Below are positions 63,190 to 64,000 of a stretch of 64,000 nt of DNA, in pieces (within the stretch, counting starts at the first letter, position 1; every line of letters begins with the position of its first letter). The notes under the pieces are model-generated. The model ran no database searches. It was given only the letters and a program-made list of their open reading frames with translations, and was not told the origin of the DNA. The stretch comes from Ostrea edulis (lineage: Eukaryota). Both the position numbers and the translations under genes were made by a program. Where the stretch lies: positions 21,762,001-21,826,000 of the forward strand of contig NC_079164.1 of assembly GCF_947568905.1 (NCBI RefSeq), in the 5' to 3' direction.

Positions 63190-63771
63190 TATATATACAC
63201 ACACTGGGAGGTAAGATTTTACAGTTATAGTAAACTATAGATTGACCGGTATAATTACTGAACTTTTTGATAAAATGGAAAGAATATATAACGATATTAG
63301 TTTAATAACAAACAAATTTTATTGCTAAAGAAGAATGGTACAGGCAAATGGAATAGTTCCTGTCAGCATGGGGGATAAATATACCACGTAAAGGTAAACT
63401 GTTCATTAAACCTCAAAAGATAGTTAAGGTATCTCTACGTGAAATTAGAGGTATATTAGGATAGATACTCCCGTGCGTTGAATTGTAATTAGGTTGTAAA
63501 TATTTCGAGTATAACAAAATAGGTAGAAAATTCCTCAGAAATGTGTACTTTTTTCAATTTAGCACAGGGACAGAATTGGTGCAAATGAGAATTGTACCTT
63601 TAAAAATTTACATTTTGTTAATTAGATTTTATTTGCAATATTCGTGCGCGTGTATAGGTACGCAATCTTCTTAACAATACGGTCAGAAAATTGAATGTGG
63701 TTTTAAAATATTGTGAGCTTGTATATTCTAGTACATCACATACAAATTGCAACACATCCTTTACTGAAGGA

Positions 63772-63897
63772 ATAATGTATATACCTACGTACGTACCTTT
63801 GAAAGATGGTAATACATTCATATACCAACGTACGTACCTTTGTAAGATGGTAATACATTCATATACCTACGTACGTACCTTTGTAAGATGGAAATAC
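63772..63897. repeat. ~41-bp tandem repeat, about 3 copies
   Basis: Repeated atacctacgtacgtacctttgtaagatggtaatacattcat. Confidence 0.85.
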
Positions 63898-64000
63898 AGG
63901 TAAGTACTTCGTTACTAGCTTGAAAATACGAATGTATATTTAATTGCTGTTAAAATTTTTAGAAATTCATTTCCAAATTAAGGATTATCTCCCTCACGCA

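Overview
This is AT-rich eukaryotic DNA with GT-AG introns, and its repeat families look like those of an oyster or other bivalve (inference). I rebuilt five protein-coding genes by hand from splice sites and reading phase. Gene A (+, 2464-10443, 12 exons, about 573 aa) and gene B (-, 13999-22300, about 470 aa) are two convergent paralogs of an unannotated surface-protein family: signal peptide, repeated two-exon Cys-rich modules, a Ser/Thr stalk and a GPI-type tail. An intronless RING/B-box/coiled-coil/beta-propeller TRIM gene (-, 4948-7098) is nested antisense in an intron of gene A. A 3-exon MIF-family tautomerase (-, 29495-46192) has a 15 kb first intron filled with nested transposons. TMEM134 (+, 46434-61815) sits head-to-head with MIF, with only 241 bp between the start codons. 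The rest is mobile DNA: decayed Copia and Gypsy internal regions, a deleted mariner, TTAA-flanked Kolobok-like elements, Helentron/pearl-like non-autonomous elements, a LINE 3' end, about ten SINEs with three different heads, MITEs, a foldback element and minisatellites. The best candidates for new biology are the A/B modular GPI-protein family and the non-tRNA SINE head, which folds by eye into a pistol-ribozyme-like pseudoknot. No database search or folding program was run, so family names for repeats come from recall and motif recognition.
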